Below, piece after piece: positions 1 to 8,866 of a DNA stretch of 56,861 nt. The notes below the pieces were generated by a model. That model worked only from the letters and a program-made list of their open reading frames with translations. It ran no database searches and had not been told where the DNA came from. The translations under genes were made by a program, and so were the position numbers. The stretch is taken from NCBI GenBank assembly GCA_964604405.1, contig CAZRYW010000001.1, positions 1 to 56,861 on the forward strand, written 5' to 3'. Within the stretch, counting starts at the first letter, position 1, and every line of letters begins with the position of its first letter. This DNA comes from an uncultured Oscillospiraceae bacterium (GTDB lineage: Bacteria; Bacillota; Clostridia; UMGS1883).

Positions 1-971
1 CGATTGTGTTTATGCTGATATATCTTGCGATAACGGCGGGAGTTGTATATCTTGGCGTTGAAAAAGGTATTGAAAAGTTTTCGACAATCGTTATGCCGTG
101 TCTTTTGGTGCTGATTGCGGGAATTGCGATTTATTCGTTGACTCTTACCGATCCCGAGACGGGAAGAACGGGTCTTCAGGGTGCGGCAGTATATTTTGTG
201 CCGAATTTTGAGGGATTGACGTTGAGTAAATTCGCAGACGTTGTTTTGGACGCAATGAATCAGATGTTTTACTCGTTGTCGGTTGCAATGGGTATAATGA
301 TAACTTACGGTTCTTATGTTAAAAAAGACGTTAATATCAACAAATCGGTTACGCAGATACAGTTGTTTGACACGTTGGTTGCAATATTGTCGGGTATGAT
401 GATTGTGCCTGCGGTATGCGTGTTCTTCGGTGCCGAACAGATGACACACGAAGCCGGTGCGGGATTGATGTTTGTGACGCTGCCGAAGGTATTTAAACAG
501 ATGGGCGCAGCGGGAAATATTGTGGGAATATTGTTCTTTGTGATGGTTGCTTTTGCCGCTTTTACAAGTTCGGTTTCGATTATGGAAACGGTTGTTGCAA
601 GCTGTATGGAATATTTCCATAAAACACGCAAGCAGATGAGCATTATTGTTACCGTTATAGCAGCGGCTGTTGCGGCGGTCATTTGCCTGGGATACAATGT
701 GCTTTATTTTGAAATCAAGCTTCCGACAAGCGAAAACCCCGGTCAGCTTTTGGATTTGTTTGATTATGTAAGTAACAGCGTTATAATGCCTGTTATTACG
801 ATTTTGACATGTGTTTTGATAGGCTGGGTGGTAAAACCCAAGTGGGTTATCGACGAAGTATGTCGTAACGGAGAAAAATTCGGAAGAAAAGGATTGTATG
901 TGGTAATTATTAAGTTTGTGGCACCTGTTGTAATGACAATTCTTCTTTTGAAAGCATTGGGAATAATTTAA
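1..971 (+). CDS. Sodium-dependent transporter, neurotransmitter:sodium symporter (NSS/SNF) family; 5' end outside window
   Basis: ORF 6..971 is open to the window edge. It is a polytopic hydrophobic protein with NSS-like segments (GLMFVTLPKVF, FAAFTSSVSIMETVV). An intrinsic terminator follows. Confidence 0.75.
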   Translation, partial: IVFMLIYLAITAGVVYLGVEKGIEKFSTIVMPCLLVLIAGIAIYSLTLTDPETGRTGLQGAAVYFVPNFEGLTLSKFADVVLDAMNQMFYSLSVAMGIMITYGSYVKKDVNINKSVTQIQLFDTLVAILSGMMIVPAVCVFFGAEQMTHEAGAGLMFVTLPKVFKQMGAAGNIVGILFFVMVAFAAFTSSVSIMETVVASCMEYFHKTRKQMSIIVTVIAAAVAAVICLGYNVLYFEIKLPTSENPGQLLDLFDYVSNSVIMPVITILTCVLIGWVVKPKWVIDEVCRNGEKFGRKGLYVVIIKFVAPVVMTILLLKALGII

Positions 972-982
972 GAAAATTATAC

Positions 983-1011
983 AAAAAACTCGCATTTTGC
1001 GAGTTTTTTTG
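983..1011 (+). terminator. Rho-independent terminator of the transporter gene
   Basis: Stem ctcgca/tgcgag (989-994 / 998-1003) with a ttt loop, followed by a T-run at 1004-1010 and preceded by an A-run. Confidence 0.8.
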
Positions 1012-1073
1012 TGTCTGAAAAAGAATTTGGAGAAAAATAAAGGAAAAAATTTACATTATTTTAAAATAAATAC

Positions 1074-1102
1074 TTGATTATTCTGTAAATAAATGGTAAT
1101 AT
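1074..1102 (+). promoter_or_regulatory. Candidate sigma-A promoter for spo0A
   Basis: TTGATT (1074-1079), 17-nt spacer, TAATAT (1097-1102), with an extended -10 TG at 1094-1095. Confidence 0.4.
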
Positions 1103-1150
1103 ATAGGCACAGAGAGAATTAACAATTATTTACAGAAAGGATGTAGCGGT

Positions 1151-1930
1151 ATGGAAAACATTATTAAAGTTATTGTGTGTGATGACAGCAGAGGAATCAG
1201 AGAGGGAATCGAAAGCTGCTTTGCGAAAAAGTCTGATGTAAAAGTGGTGTGCTCGCTTTGCGACGGGTCGGAGGTTGCGGAAAAAATCAAAGAATACAAT
1301 CCCGATGTGTTGCTGTTGGACGGTATAATGCCGAAAGTTGACGGCATAGGCGTATTGACTCAGTTGAACAAAGAGGATATCAAGAGGCCGACGGTTATTA
1401 TGATGCTGGATAATCTTTGCGACATGGTTTATGAAGAATGTGTTGCCCTGGGAGCGGACTATATTGTGATGAAGCCGTTTGAAACGGAGTTGTTGTACGA
1501 AAGGGTGAAGATGCTTTCGAGAAGAAACCCCGTGAAAATAAAAGAAAGCGCAATGTATCCGAATACGCAACTGAGCGACAGAAGTTTGGAAATTTCGGTA
1601 ACGAATACGATTCATTCCGTGGGAGTACCCGCAAATATAAAGGGTTATCAGTATTTGAGAGACGCTATTATCATGAGTATTAAAGATACGGAACTGATAA
1701 ACGCGGTGACAAAGCAGTTGTATCCGCTTGTTGCACAAAAGCACAAAACATCTCCGTCGAGAGTTGAAAGGGCGATTAGACATGCAATCGAGGTTGCATG
1801 TGTGAGAGGAAACGGCGAGGAGTTGTATTCGCTGTTCGGTTATACGGTCAACGATGACAAGGGCAAACCCACAAACAGCGAATTTATTGCGATGATAGCG
1901 GATAAGCTGAGATTGGAAATGGTATCTTAA
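1151..1930 (+). CDS. spo0A: Sporulation master regulator Spo0A (receiver domain plus Spo0A_C DNA-binding domain)
   Basis: The C-terminal half carries Spo0A signature strings ([38 protein letters not shown]). The N-terminus is a CheY-like receiver ([16 protein letters not shown]). Confidence 0.95.
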   Translation: MENIIKVIVCDDSRGIREGIESCFAKKSDVKVVCSLCDGSEVAEKIKEYNPDVLLLDGIMPKVDGIGVLTQLNKEDIKRPTVIMMLDNLCDMVYEECVALGADYIVMKPFETELLYERVKMLSRRNPVKIKESAMYPNTQLSDRSLEISVTNTIHSVGVPANIKGYQYLRDAIIMSIKDTELINAVTKQLYPLVAQKHKTSPSRVERAIRHAIEVACVRGNGEELYSLFGYTVNDDKGKPTNSEFIAMIADKLRLEMVS

Positions 1931-1951
1931 CGTAAATTATACTTAGAATCA

Positions 1952-1998
1952 AAAATTCCCAACCGAAGGATAAAAGCCTTCGATTGGGAATTTTGATG
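1952..1998 (+). terminator. Long hairpin terminator after spo0A
   Basis: About 18-bp stem with one mismatch, aaaattcccaaccgaagg / ccttcgattgggaatttt, running into T residues. Confidence 0.75.
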
Positions 1999-2011
1999 TG
2001 TGAAAAAATGA

Positions 2012-2060
2012 TGGCAAAAACAAGAAGAAACCCCGAAAACATAGCGTTTTCGGGGTTTTC
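2012..2060 (-). terminator. Rho-independent terminator of rpmE
   Basis: 13-bp stem aaaccccgaaaac / gttttcggggttt (2028-2058). On the minus strand it is followed by ttcttgttttt. Confidence 0.8.
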
Positions 2061-2074
2061 GTCTTTGTCTTGAA

Positions 2075-2275
2075 TTAGTCGATGTTGAACTTCTTCTTGA
2101 ACTTTTCAACACGTCCGCCTGTATCAACAAGCTTCTGCTTACCTGTGTAGAAGGGATGGCACTTGGAGCAGATTTCTACATTGATTGTTTCCTTAACGGA
2201 ACCTGTTTCGAAAACAGCACCACAAGCACACTTGATAACAGCAGGACCATAGTTGGGATGGATACCTTCTCTCAC
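2075..2275 (-). CDS. rpmE: 50S ribosomal protein L31
   Basis: The sequence REGIHPNY...CACG...[13 protein letters not shown] is classic L31. I place the start at GTG 2275 because AAAGAGGTGA lies 6 nt upstream and it gives the usual 66 aa. The ORF track extends to TTG 2293. Confidence 0.93.
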   Translation of the reverse strand: MREGIHPNYGPAVIKCACGAVFETGSVKETINVEICSKCHPFYTGKQKLVDTGGRVEKFKKKFNID

Positions 2276-2338
2276 TACGTTCACCTCTTTCAAAAATTTG
2301 TGTATATAAATAATTATAATCCATTACAGACAACGATG

Positions 2339-2367
2339 ATTATACCATAGGAGTGTAAAGATTGCAA
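2339..2367 (-). promoter_or_regulatory. Candidate sigma-A promoter for rpmE
   Basis: On the minus strand: TTGCAA (2367-2362), 17-nt spacer, TGgTATAAT (-10 at 2344-2339). Confidence 0.55.
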
Positions 2368-2395
2368 GAGTTTTTTGAAAAAAATTTGGGAAAAT

Positions 2396-2962
2396 ATGAG
2401 GGTGAGAAAATGGGCTGGATTTTTTAGGGGACGAAATGATACTTGGAATTGTGATATTGTTTATGCGAAGGGAGGAGATAAGATTACCGATAAGCAGAAA
2501 AAATTTTGTGACGCATATATAAGAGAGCCTAACGCAACAAAGGCATATATGGAGGCGTACTCGATACAGGACAGAAAAGCGGCGGGGAAAAAAGCAAGTG
2601 CTTTGAAGAAAAACAAAGAGGTGAGAGACTACATTAACAATGCGCTCAGAGAGGCGGGAGAAATGGCGAAGGTTGACGCAAAAAAAGTGATGGAGTTGTT
2701 GAGCGATATTGCTTTTACGTCGCCGGCAAGTTTTGTGAAAATAAAAACGGAAGACGGAAAACAGAAAATTGTTTGGAAAGACGTTTCGCATTTGCCAGAC
2801 GATGTTAAAAACGCAATAGCGACTGTCAAAAATACTCCCGGAGGAATTGTGGTGGAAACTCTTGACAGAATGAAAGCAATTGATTTGTTGATGAAGTATA
2901 TGGGGATTACTTCGTCGGGCGAGGGCGGAGTTTTCTTCAGCGGAGAAGATGAGATAGAGTGA
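2396..2962 (+). CDS. Phage terminase small subunit (start uncertain: TTG 2375, ATG 2396, or an internal non-canonical start near 2483)
   Basis: The segment ITDKQKKFCDAYIREPNATKAYMEAY is typical of terminase small-subunit N-termini, and the gene sits directly upstream of terL. Confidence 0.7.
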   Translation: MRVRKWAGFFRGRNDTWNCDIVYAKGGDKITDKQKKFCDAYIREPNATKAYMEAYSIQDRKAAGKKASALKKNKEVRDYINNALREAGEMAKVDAKKVMELLSDIAFTSPASFVKIKTEDGKQKIVWKDVSHLPDDVKNAIATVKNTPGGIVVETLDRMKAIDLLMKYMGITSSGEGGVFFSGEDEIE

Positions 2963-2980
2963 TATGCGGGTGGTGACGGT

Positions 2981-4219
2981 TTGGGGAAAAATATTTATAT
3001 GCCGGATGTTATAGGAAGCGGGTATGGCAAGTTTTGGCGTTTTAAAGGGCGTTACAGAGTCGTAAAAGGCTCAAGAGCGAGCAAGAAAAGCAAAACGACG
3101 GCGCTGTGGTTTATATATAACATGATGAAATATAAGAAAGCAAACCTTTTGGTTGTGAGAAAAACGTACAGGACGCTGAAAAATTCGTGTTTTGCGGAGC
3201 TTAAATGGGCAATGAAAAGGCTGGGCGTGGAGAAATACTGGCTTTTGAAAGAAACTCCGATGGAAATGATATATTTGCCGACGGGGCAAAAGATTTATTT
3301 TTACGGACTGGATGACCCGATGAAAATTACGAGTATAACGGTCGGAGTGGGAGTTTTGTGCTGGATGTGGATTGAGGAGGCTTATGAAATTAAGGATGAG
3401 GCAAGCTTTGATATGCTGGATGAATCCATCAGAGGCGGAACGGAAGACGGGCTTTTTAAGCAGATTACATTGACTTTTAATCCGTGGAATGAACATCATT
3501 GGCTGAAAAAACGGTTTTTTGATACGGAAAACGAAGAAGTATTGGCAATGAGCGTTAATTATACCGTAAACGAGTTTTTGGATGACGCCGACAGAAAAAT
3601 GTTTGAAATGATGAAAAAGAACAATCCTGCGAGATACCTGGTGGCGGGGCTCGGAAACTGGGGAGTAACGGACGGATGCGTTTATACAAACTACAGAGAA
3701 GAGGAGTTTTGTTTGGAAGAGGTTTTAGAAAGAAAATCGGCGAAAGCGGTTTTCGGATTGGATTTCGGATATGTAAACGATCCGTCGGCACTTTTTTGCG
3801 GAGTTGTTGACGAAGATGAAAAAAAGATTTTTGTGTTTGACGAAATGTATGAAAAGAATCTTTCAAACGAAGCTATTTTTGAAAAAATATGCCGTATGGG
3901 TTACAGAAAAGAAAAAATATATGCGGACAGCAGCGAACCGAAAAGTATTGACAGATTGCGTGTGTTGGGACTTGAGAAAATCAAAGGTGCAAAAAAAGGT
4001 CCCGACAGCGTGAGGTTTGGGATTGATTTGATAGGAGAATACGAGATAATAGTGCATCCGAGATGCGAAAACTTTTTGACGGAGATAGGAAATTATGTTT
4101 GGGAAACAAATTCGGAAGAAAAAAAGACGAACAGACCGAAAGACGAGTTTAATCATTTGATGGATGCGATGAGGTATGCGATGGAAAGTGTCGGAGAGGA
4201 AGAAAGTTTTTCTTTTTGA
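2981..4219 (+). CDS. Phage terminase large subunit, PBSX/XtmB-like family
   Basis: N-terminal ATPase region (RYRVVKGSRASKKSKT, a Walker-A-like string), a C-terminal nuclease-like region, and its position after terS. The start is TTG 2981 or ATG 2999. Confidence 0.85.
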   Translation: MGKNIYMPDVIGSGYGKFWRFKGRYRVVKGSRASKKSKTTALWFIYNMMKYKKANLLVVRKTYRTLKNSCFAELKWAMKRLGVEKYWLLKETPMEMIYLPTGQKIYFYGLDDPMKITSITVGVGVLCWMWIEEAYEIKDEASFDMLDESIRGGTEDGLFKQITLTFNPWNEHHWLKKRFFDTENEEVLAMSVNYTVNEFLDDADRKMFEMMKKNNPARYLVAGLGNWGVTDGCVYTNYREEEFCLEEVLERKSAKAVFGLDFGYVNDPSALFCGVVDEDEKKIFVFDEMYEKNLSNEAIFEKICRMGYRKEKIYADSSEPKSIDRLRVLGLEKIKGAKKGPDSVRFGIDLIGEYEIIVHPRCENFLTEIGNYVWETNSEEKKTNRPKDEFNHLMDAMRYAMESVGEEESFSF

Positions 4220-4230
4220 AAAGAGGAGTT

Positions 4231-4878
4231 ATGGGAAAATTAAAAGAATGGAGTCGGATTTTTGATGTGGCGGACAATGCCGAGTTATTCGGTGCGAGAT
4301 TGTACGAGAATAACAACAAGAATGACGGCGTTTTGTACGAGATGAAAGAAGAGGAGGGAGAGAGAAAAAGGAGCAAAGAAAAGCGGCGGAATACGCATGG
4401 CGAAACGGGAAACGGAGCATATGAGGAGTGTGTGAATTTTCGGGAAAAGATTGAAAGGAATATTGTCGAAAATATTTTGATGCAAGAGAGGTTTGAAAGA
4501 GAGGAGGCGAAAAACGATGTTTTTTACGGAATTGATGAAAGAGAAATAGGTGAAAAGCGGGCGTATGATTTGAATGAGGAACAGGAAGAGGGGTTAAGTG
4601 AAAAAATAGCGGAGTTTGCACAAAGAGGTGAAGCGGAAAAAATCGTTCGAAGAGAGGAAGACTTTTCGGGAGAGGGGATTGCAAAGGTTAAAAGAGGGCA
4701 GAGAGAAAAAATTTTGAATACGGTGACTCAAAAATATGCAGAGGCTTTGGGTAACGTGAAAATTGAGGTTACGAACAACAATACAATCGAAAAAGAAAGC
4801 GATATTGACGAGATTTCGTATCGCTTGACGCAAAAACTGTGTGAAATGATGACAAGAGGCGCAGACGGTTTGTATTGA
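4231..4878 (+). CDS. Hypothetical highly charged (E/K/R-rich) protein between terminase and portal
   Basis: ORF 4216..4878 overlaps the terL stop and the start of the portal ORF. ATG 4231 follows AAGAGGAG. I recognise no family. Confidence 0.5.
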   Translation: MGKLKEWSRIFDVADNAELFGARLYENNNKNDGVLYEMKEEEGERKRSKEKRRNTHGETGNGAYEECVNFREKIERNIVENILMQERFEREEAKNDVFYGIDEREIGEKRAYDLNEEQEEGLSEKIAEFAQRGEAEKIVRREEDFSGEGIAKVKRGQREKILNTVTQKYAEALGNVKIEVTNNNTIEKESDIDEISYRLTQKLCEMMTRGADGLY

Positions 4879-4895
4879 CGGAAAGGTGGATATGT

Positions 4896-6254
4896 GTGAG
4901 TATCTGGAGAAATGTGACGGAAGAAGTTGTTGAGAAGCTTGAAAGAGACGGCGCTTGCATGAGCGAAAAGGAATTTTTTGAAGCGGAGATAGCTTATTGG
5001 AAGAGGGACAAGCGATACAAGAGCATGATTGACGGTGAAAGGTATTTTCGGGGAGAGCACGATATATTGAAAAACGAGAGAACCGCAATCGGTCGTGACG
5101 GAAAACTGAAAAAAGTGGATAATTTGCCGAATAATCGTGTGGTGGACAATCAGTACCAGAGAATGGTGAATCAGAAAGTGAACTATTTGATGGGGCGGGA
5201 ATTTGTGATAGAGGGCGAAAACGACGATTACGTGCGTATTTTGAAGAAAAATCTCGGACGTGATTTCAGAAGATTGATGAAGTGTGTTTTGAGAGATGCC
5301 ATAAACATGGGTATCGGTTGGCTGTATTTGTATGCCGATGAACAAGGGAAGTTGAAGTTTAAAAGAATTCCGTCGTATGAAATGATTGCGTATTGGAAAG
5401 ACGAAGAACATACCGAATTGGACTGCGCGTTGAGAGTGTATACGATAGAGGGGTATAAGGGAAAAGAGAGTTGCACTCGTGAAATTGCCGAGCTTTATTC
5501 GAAAGATAAGGTCGAAGTTTTTGAGATTGAAGACGGAATACTGAAAAAGACGGGAGAAAGCGGGTATTTTACACAGGGGAGGATTCCGATTGCGGCATTT
5601 AAATACAACGAAAAAGAAATACCGTTGATAGATCGGGTGAAGCCGTTGCAGGACGCATTGAACAAGACGCTGTCGGATTTTAAAAACAACATGGAGGAAG
5701 ACGCAAGAAATACGATATTGGTGCTGCAAAATTATGACGGAACGGATTTGGGTGAGTTCAGACAAAATCTTGCCGCATACGGAGCGGTTAAAGTGAAGAG
5801 CGTGGACGGAACGCCGGGGGATATTAAAACTTTAAATACAGAGTTTGACTGCGAAAACTATTCGGTATTAACGAATTTGCTTAAAAATGCCATTGTGGAG
5901 AATGCGATGGGATATGACGCAAAAGGTGACAAGATGGGCAATAATCCCAATCAGCTTGTTATGAAAGCGATGTTCTCGGATATTGACCTTGATATGAGTG
6001 AGGCGGAAATCGAGTTTGAAAGCGGTTTTTACAGATTGTGTGAAATCGTGAACGAGTATTTGGAAATATTCGGGCAGGGATATTTTGAAGAGGAACGGGT
6101 GCGAATCATATTTAACAAAGATTGTTTGATAAACGAGAGCGAAGCTATCGACAACTGTATAAAAAGCAGTGATATGCTAAGTGAGGAAACGGTGCTGTTG
6201 ATGCATCCGTGGGTAAACGATGTGAAAAGAGAATTGAAAAATAAGGGGTGCTGA
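4896..6254 (+). CDS. Phage portal protein (SPP1 gp6-like)
   Basis: About 450 aa, in portal position, with typical N-terminal strings (YFRGEHDI, NNRVVDNQY..VNQKVNYLMG). The start could be TTG 4875, GTG 4896 (after AAAGGTGGA) or ATG 4959. Confidence 0.8.
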   Translation: MSIWRNVTEEVVEKLERDGACMSEKEFFEAEIAYWKRDKRYKSMIDGERYFRGEHDILKNERTAIGRDGKLKKVDNLPNNRVVDNQYQRMVNQKVNYLMGREFVIEGENDDYVRILKKNLGRDFRRLMKCVLRDAINMGIGWLYLYADEQGKLKFKRIPSYEMIAYWKDEEHTELDCALRVYTIEGYKGKESCTREIAELYSKDKVEVFEIEDGILKKTGESGYFTQGRIPIAAFKYNEKEIPLIDRVKPLQDALNKTLSDFKNNMEEDARNTILVLQNYDGTDLGEFRQNLAAYGAVKVKSVDGTPGDIKTLNTEFDCENYSVLTNLLKNAIVENAMGYDAKGDKMGNNPNQLVMKAMFSDIDLDMSEAEIEFESGFYRLCEIVNEYLEIFGQGYFEEERVRIIFNKDCLINESEAIDNCIKSSDMLSEETVLLMHPWVNDVKRELKNKGC

Positions 6255-6255
6255 A

Positions 6256-6678
6256 ATGGAAAGAGAAGAACTTTTGGAGTTGGGTATCGAAGAAGATGTC
6301 TGCGAGAAGATAATGGAAAAAATTTCGAAGATGGAAGAAGATTGTGAAAGAAAAATCTCGGATGTGAAAAAGGAAAGTGAAATAGAGATTGCGCTGTATG
6401 AAAGCGGAGCGAGAAATATTAAGGCGGTGAAAGCCCTTATAGACAAGGAGGGAGACGTAAAGGAGCAACTGCAAAGACTAAAAAGCGAAAGCGAGACAAG
6501 TTTTTTGTTCGGAAGCGAAAGACGAAGCTTTAAGCCGGGAACAAGCTCTAATAGATTGCCCGATACAAAGAAAAACGATTTTGAAGCGAGACTTTCGAAT
6601 GCGAGAAAACAAAAAAACACGCTCGAAGCGATAAAAATTAAGAAGCAGGCTGCCAATGAGGGGATAATGCTTCTTTGA
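6256..6678 (+). CDS. Phage scaffolding protein (GP20-like)
   Basis: 140-aa acidic, coiled-coil-like protein containing NIKAVKALIDKEG, located between portal and capsid. Confidence 0.65.
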   Translation: MEREELLELGIEEDVCEKIMEKISKMEEDCERKISDVKKESEIEIALYESGARNIKAVKALIDKEGDVKEQLQRLKSESETSFLFGSERRSFKPGTSSNRLPDTKKNDFEARLSNARKQKNTLEAIKIKKQAANEGIMLL

Positions 6679-6741
6679 CAATGTTGACAATGGGGAAACC
6701 CGTTGATTTTATAAATTAATTTTTTTAGGAGGAATTTTATT

Positions 6742-7698
6742 ATGGCAGTAGTAACAGGAGTAGGTACAAGTTGGAATTTGCCCAATTATGCGGGGGAATT
6801 GTTTACGGCGGATGCGAGTCAGACACCGCTTCTTTCGATGATAGGCTCTCTTACGGGAGGCAGACAGACGACAACAAGCGAATTCCCCACGGCGGTGCTT
6901 TTTGATTATCCGGAAGCGACACAACCCGCTATTTCGGAATCGGCATCGGTAAACGCACCGGCATCGACACTTATTGCAAGAGAACAGGAGACGAATGTGG
7001 TTCAGATTCATCAGGAGGTTGTAAATCTTACATATATGAAGATGTCGAACAGCTCCAATATGTCGGGACTTAATTCGAATGAGGCAAACAGCGTGGAGGA
7101 TGAGAAAGCGTTCCAGATTCATCATAAGCTTGTGAAAATAGCACGTGACGTTGAACACAGTTTTATAAACGGTGTGTTCAACAAGGCGAAAAACGCACAG
7201 GACGCAAACAAGACAAGAGGTTTGATAGAATTGACGAAAAGCGGCACGACAATCGACGCGGAGGGCGGAGTGCTCACGAAGAGTATGCTTGATTCGCTGT
7301 TTCGTAAAATGGCCGAAGCGGGAGCGTATTTTGATAACATGGTGATGCTTTTGCCCGCTTATCAGAAACAGATGATTACGGATATTTATGCGAGTCAGTT
7401 TAATGCGACGATGGGTGCGAGAGAAAATATCGGCGGAGTTAACGTGACGGAAATCGAGACGGATTTTTGTCGTATGGGCATTGTGTGGGACAGATTTATG
7501 CCTAAGGATACGATTTTGGTTGCAGACGTGGCACATATTGCACCTGTGTTCCAGGCAGTACCCGAAAAGGGCGTTGTTTTCGAAGAACAACTTGCGAAAA
7601 CCGGTGCAAGCGATATGATTCAGATTTATTCTCAGATCGGACTTGCGCACGGACCTGCGTTCTTGCACGGCTCGATAACGAATCTCAGCGCTGAATAA
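6742..7698 (+). CDS. Phage major capsid protein
   Basis: 318 aa. A strong RBS (AGGAGG) precedes it, it sits in capsid position after the scaffold, and its N-terminus (NLPNYAGELF...TPLLSMIG) is typical of one major capsid protein family. Confidence 0.75.
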   Translation: MAVVTGVGTSWNLPNYAGELFTADASQTPLLSMIGSLTGGRQTTTSEFPTAVLFDYPEATQPAISESASVNAPASTLIAREQETNVVQIHQEVVNLTYMKMSNSSNMSGLNSNEANSVEDEKAFQIHHKLVKIARDVEHSFINGVFNKAKNAQDANKTRGLIELTKSGTTIDAEGGVLTKSMLDSLFRKMAEAGAYFDNMVMLLPAYQKQMITDIYASQFNATMGARENIGGVNVTEIETDFCRMGIVWDRFMPKDTILVADVAHIAPVFQAVPEKGVVFEEQLAKTGASDMIQIYSQIGLAHGPAFLHGSITNLSAE

Positions 7699-7707
7699 GG
7701 TGATTGA

Positions 7708-8055
7708 ATGGATTTGGATGCATTGAGACAAAGGCTCTCGGACATGGGTTTTGAGGTTGAAGAAAACGAAGAGGAAGAGCTTGAAAGAGCATGGGAAAGA
7801 GCCGAAACGGGAATCAGAAATACCGTGAATTGCGAAAAAGTTCCGGAAGAATTGAGGTTTACGCTTTTGGATATTGCGGCGGGAGAATATCTTCTTGCCG
7901 CCAAGAGCAAAACCGGAGGCGACGGAGTGAAGAGCGTTTCGGAGGGGGACGTGTCGGTAACGTTTGAAGAAATGAACGATACCGACAGGTTGATAGACCG
8001 TCTTCTCGAAAGCGGAAGAGAGGAAATGCTCTCTTTCAGGAGGCTTGTATGGTAG
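7708..8055 (+). CDS. Head-tail connector / DNA-packaging (gp6-like) protein
   Basis: 115 aa, acidic, located immediately after the capsid gene. The call rests on position and size. Confidence 0.5.
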   Translation: MDLDALRQRLSDMGFEVEENEEEELERAWERAETGIRNTVNCEKVPEELRFTLLDIAAGEYLLAAKSKTGGDGVKSVSEGDVSVTFEEMNDTDRLIDRLLESGREEMLSFRRLVW

Positions 8056-8417
8056 AAAAAATGAAAAAGGCTATTGAACCTTTGTACACAGAGACATGCA
8101 CGGTTTACGAAAGAGAAGCCGAGCTTGAGGACAGAAGGACGGTTTTTAAAGAAACGGTGAGATATGAGAATATCCCGTGCAGGGTTTCGATGAAGGCATA
8201 TCTTTTCGGAGAAAATGCGGGAAGCGAGAAAAAGGGGTATTTGAACGTCGGCAAGAAAGCGAAGATTTTTGTGCCGCCCGAATACGAAATAAAACCCGGA
8301 AGCCGAATCGAAGTGAAATCAAACGGCAAATCGGTTGTGTATGCAAAAAGCGGGCAGATGAGCTTTTATGCATCGCACAACGAGGTGACGGTGGAAACGG
8401 AAAAGAATTTTGCATAG
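8049..8417 (+). CDS. Head-tail adaptor / head-closure protein (XkdH-position)
   Basis: 122 aa, overlaps the previous stop by 7 nt. The call is positional. Confidence 0.45.
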   Translation: MVEKMKKAIEPLYTETCTVYEREAELEDRRTVFKETVRYENIPCRVSMKAYLFGENAGSEKKGYLNVGKKAKIFVPPEYEIKPGSRIEVKSNGKSVVYAKSGQMSFYASHNEVTVETEKNFA

Positions 8418-8428
8418 GGGGATGAAAG

Positions 8429-8866
8429 ATGCCACATGAGCTGAGAAAAGCCGTTGCGGAGAAGATTTTTGAACATTTTGAGGGGAAATATCCCGTATAT
8501 ACGGAAAAAATCAATCAAAATCTTGTGAAGCCGTGTTTTTTTGCAAAGATAAGCAATATTGAAAAGATTAATCTTTTGGGCGGAAGATTTTTTTTGAGAT
8601 GTGAGGTTGAGGTGAGCTTTGTTTTGCAAGGCGAAAGCGAAAACCATTTGGCGGAAAGTGTTTCGGGAGAACTTTTCGGTGTTTTGAATTTTGTGAAAAT
8701 AGGTTCGGTGAAGCTTTTCGGAAGAAGGATGAATTGGACGAAGGAAGACGGATATGTTACGGTGCGAGTGAGTTACGATATTTTCGAAAAGGAAGAAAAA
8801 GAAGAGACGGCTATGATGGAAAAAATAGTTTTGGAGGAGAAAATCGGTGGAATATACGAAGGATGA
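8429..8866 (+). CDS. Tail completion / tail terminator-like protein (XkdI/J-position)
   Basis: 145 aa. The string YPVYTEKINQNLVKPCFF resembles tail-terminator family N-termini. The call is largely positional. Confidence 0.45.
   Translation: MPHELRKAVAEKIFEHFEGKYPVYTEKINQNLVKPCFFAKISNIEKINLLGGRFFLRCEVEVSFVLQGESENHLAESVSGELFGVLNFVKIGSVKLFGRRMNWTKEDGYVTVRVSYDIFEKEEKEETAMMEKIVLEEKIGGIYEG

Noticed and set aside
6675-6712. Tandem TTGACAATG-TTGACAATG duplication after the scaffold gene, considered as an internal promoter for the capsid gene
   Set aside because: A -35-like hexamer is present, but no acceptable -10 lies at 16-18 nt; the candidates are TTTTAT, or TATAAA at 20 nt. The first copy overlaps the scaffold stop codon. 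This is insufficient evidence for a promoter.
8177-8425. Alternative-frame 82-aa ORF inside the head-closure gene, and similar + strand overlapping ORFs at 3804-4013, 9751-9969, 23109-23342 and 25240-25437
   Set aside because: They are embedded out of frame in longer ORFs that are coherent in position and motifs. Their translations are R/K-rich and look like noise, and they lack RBSs.
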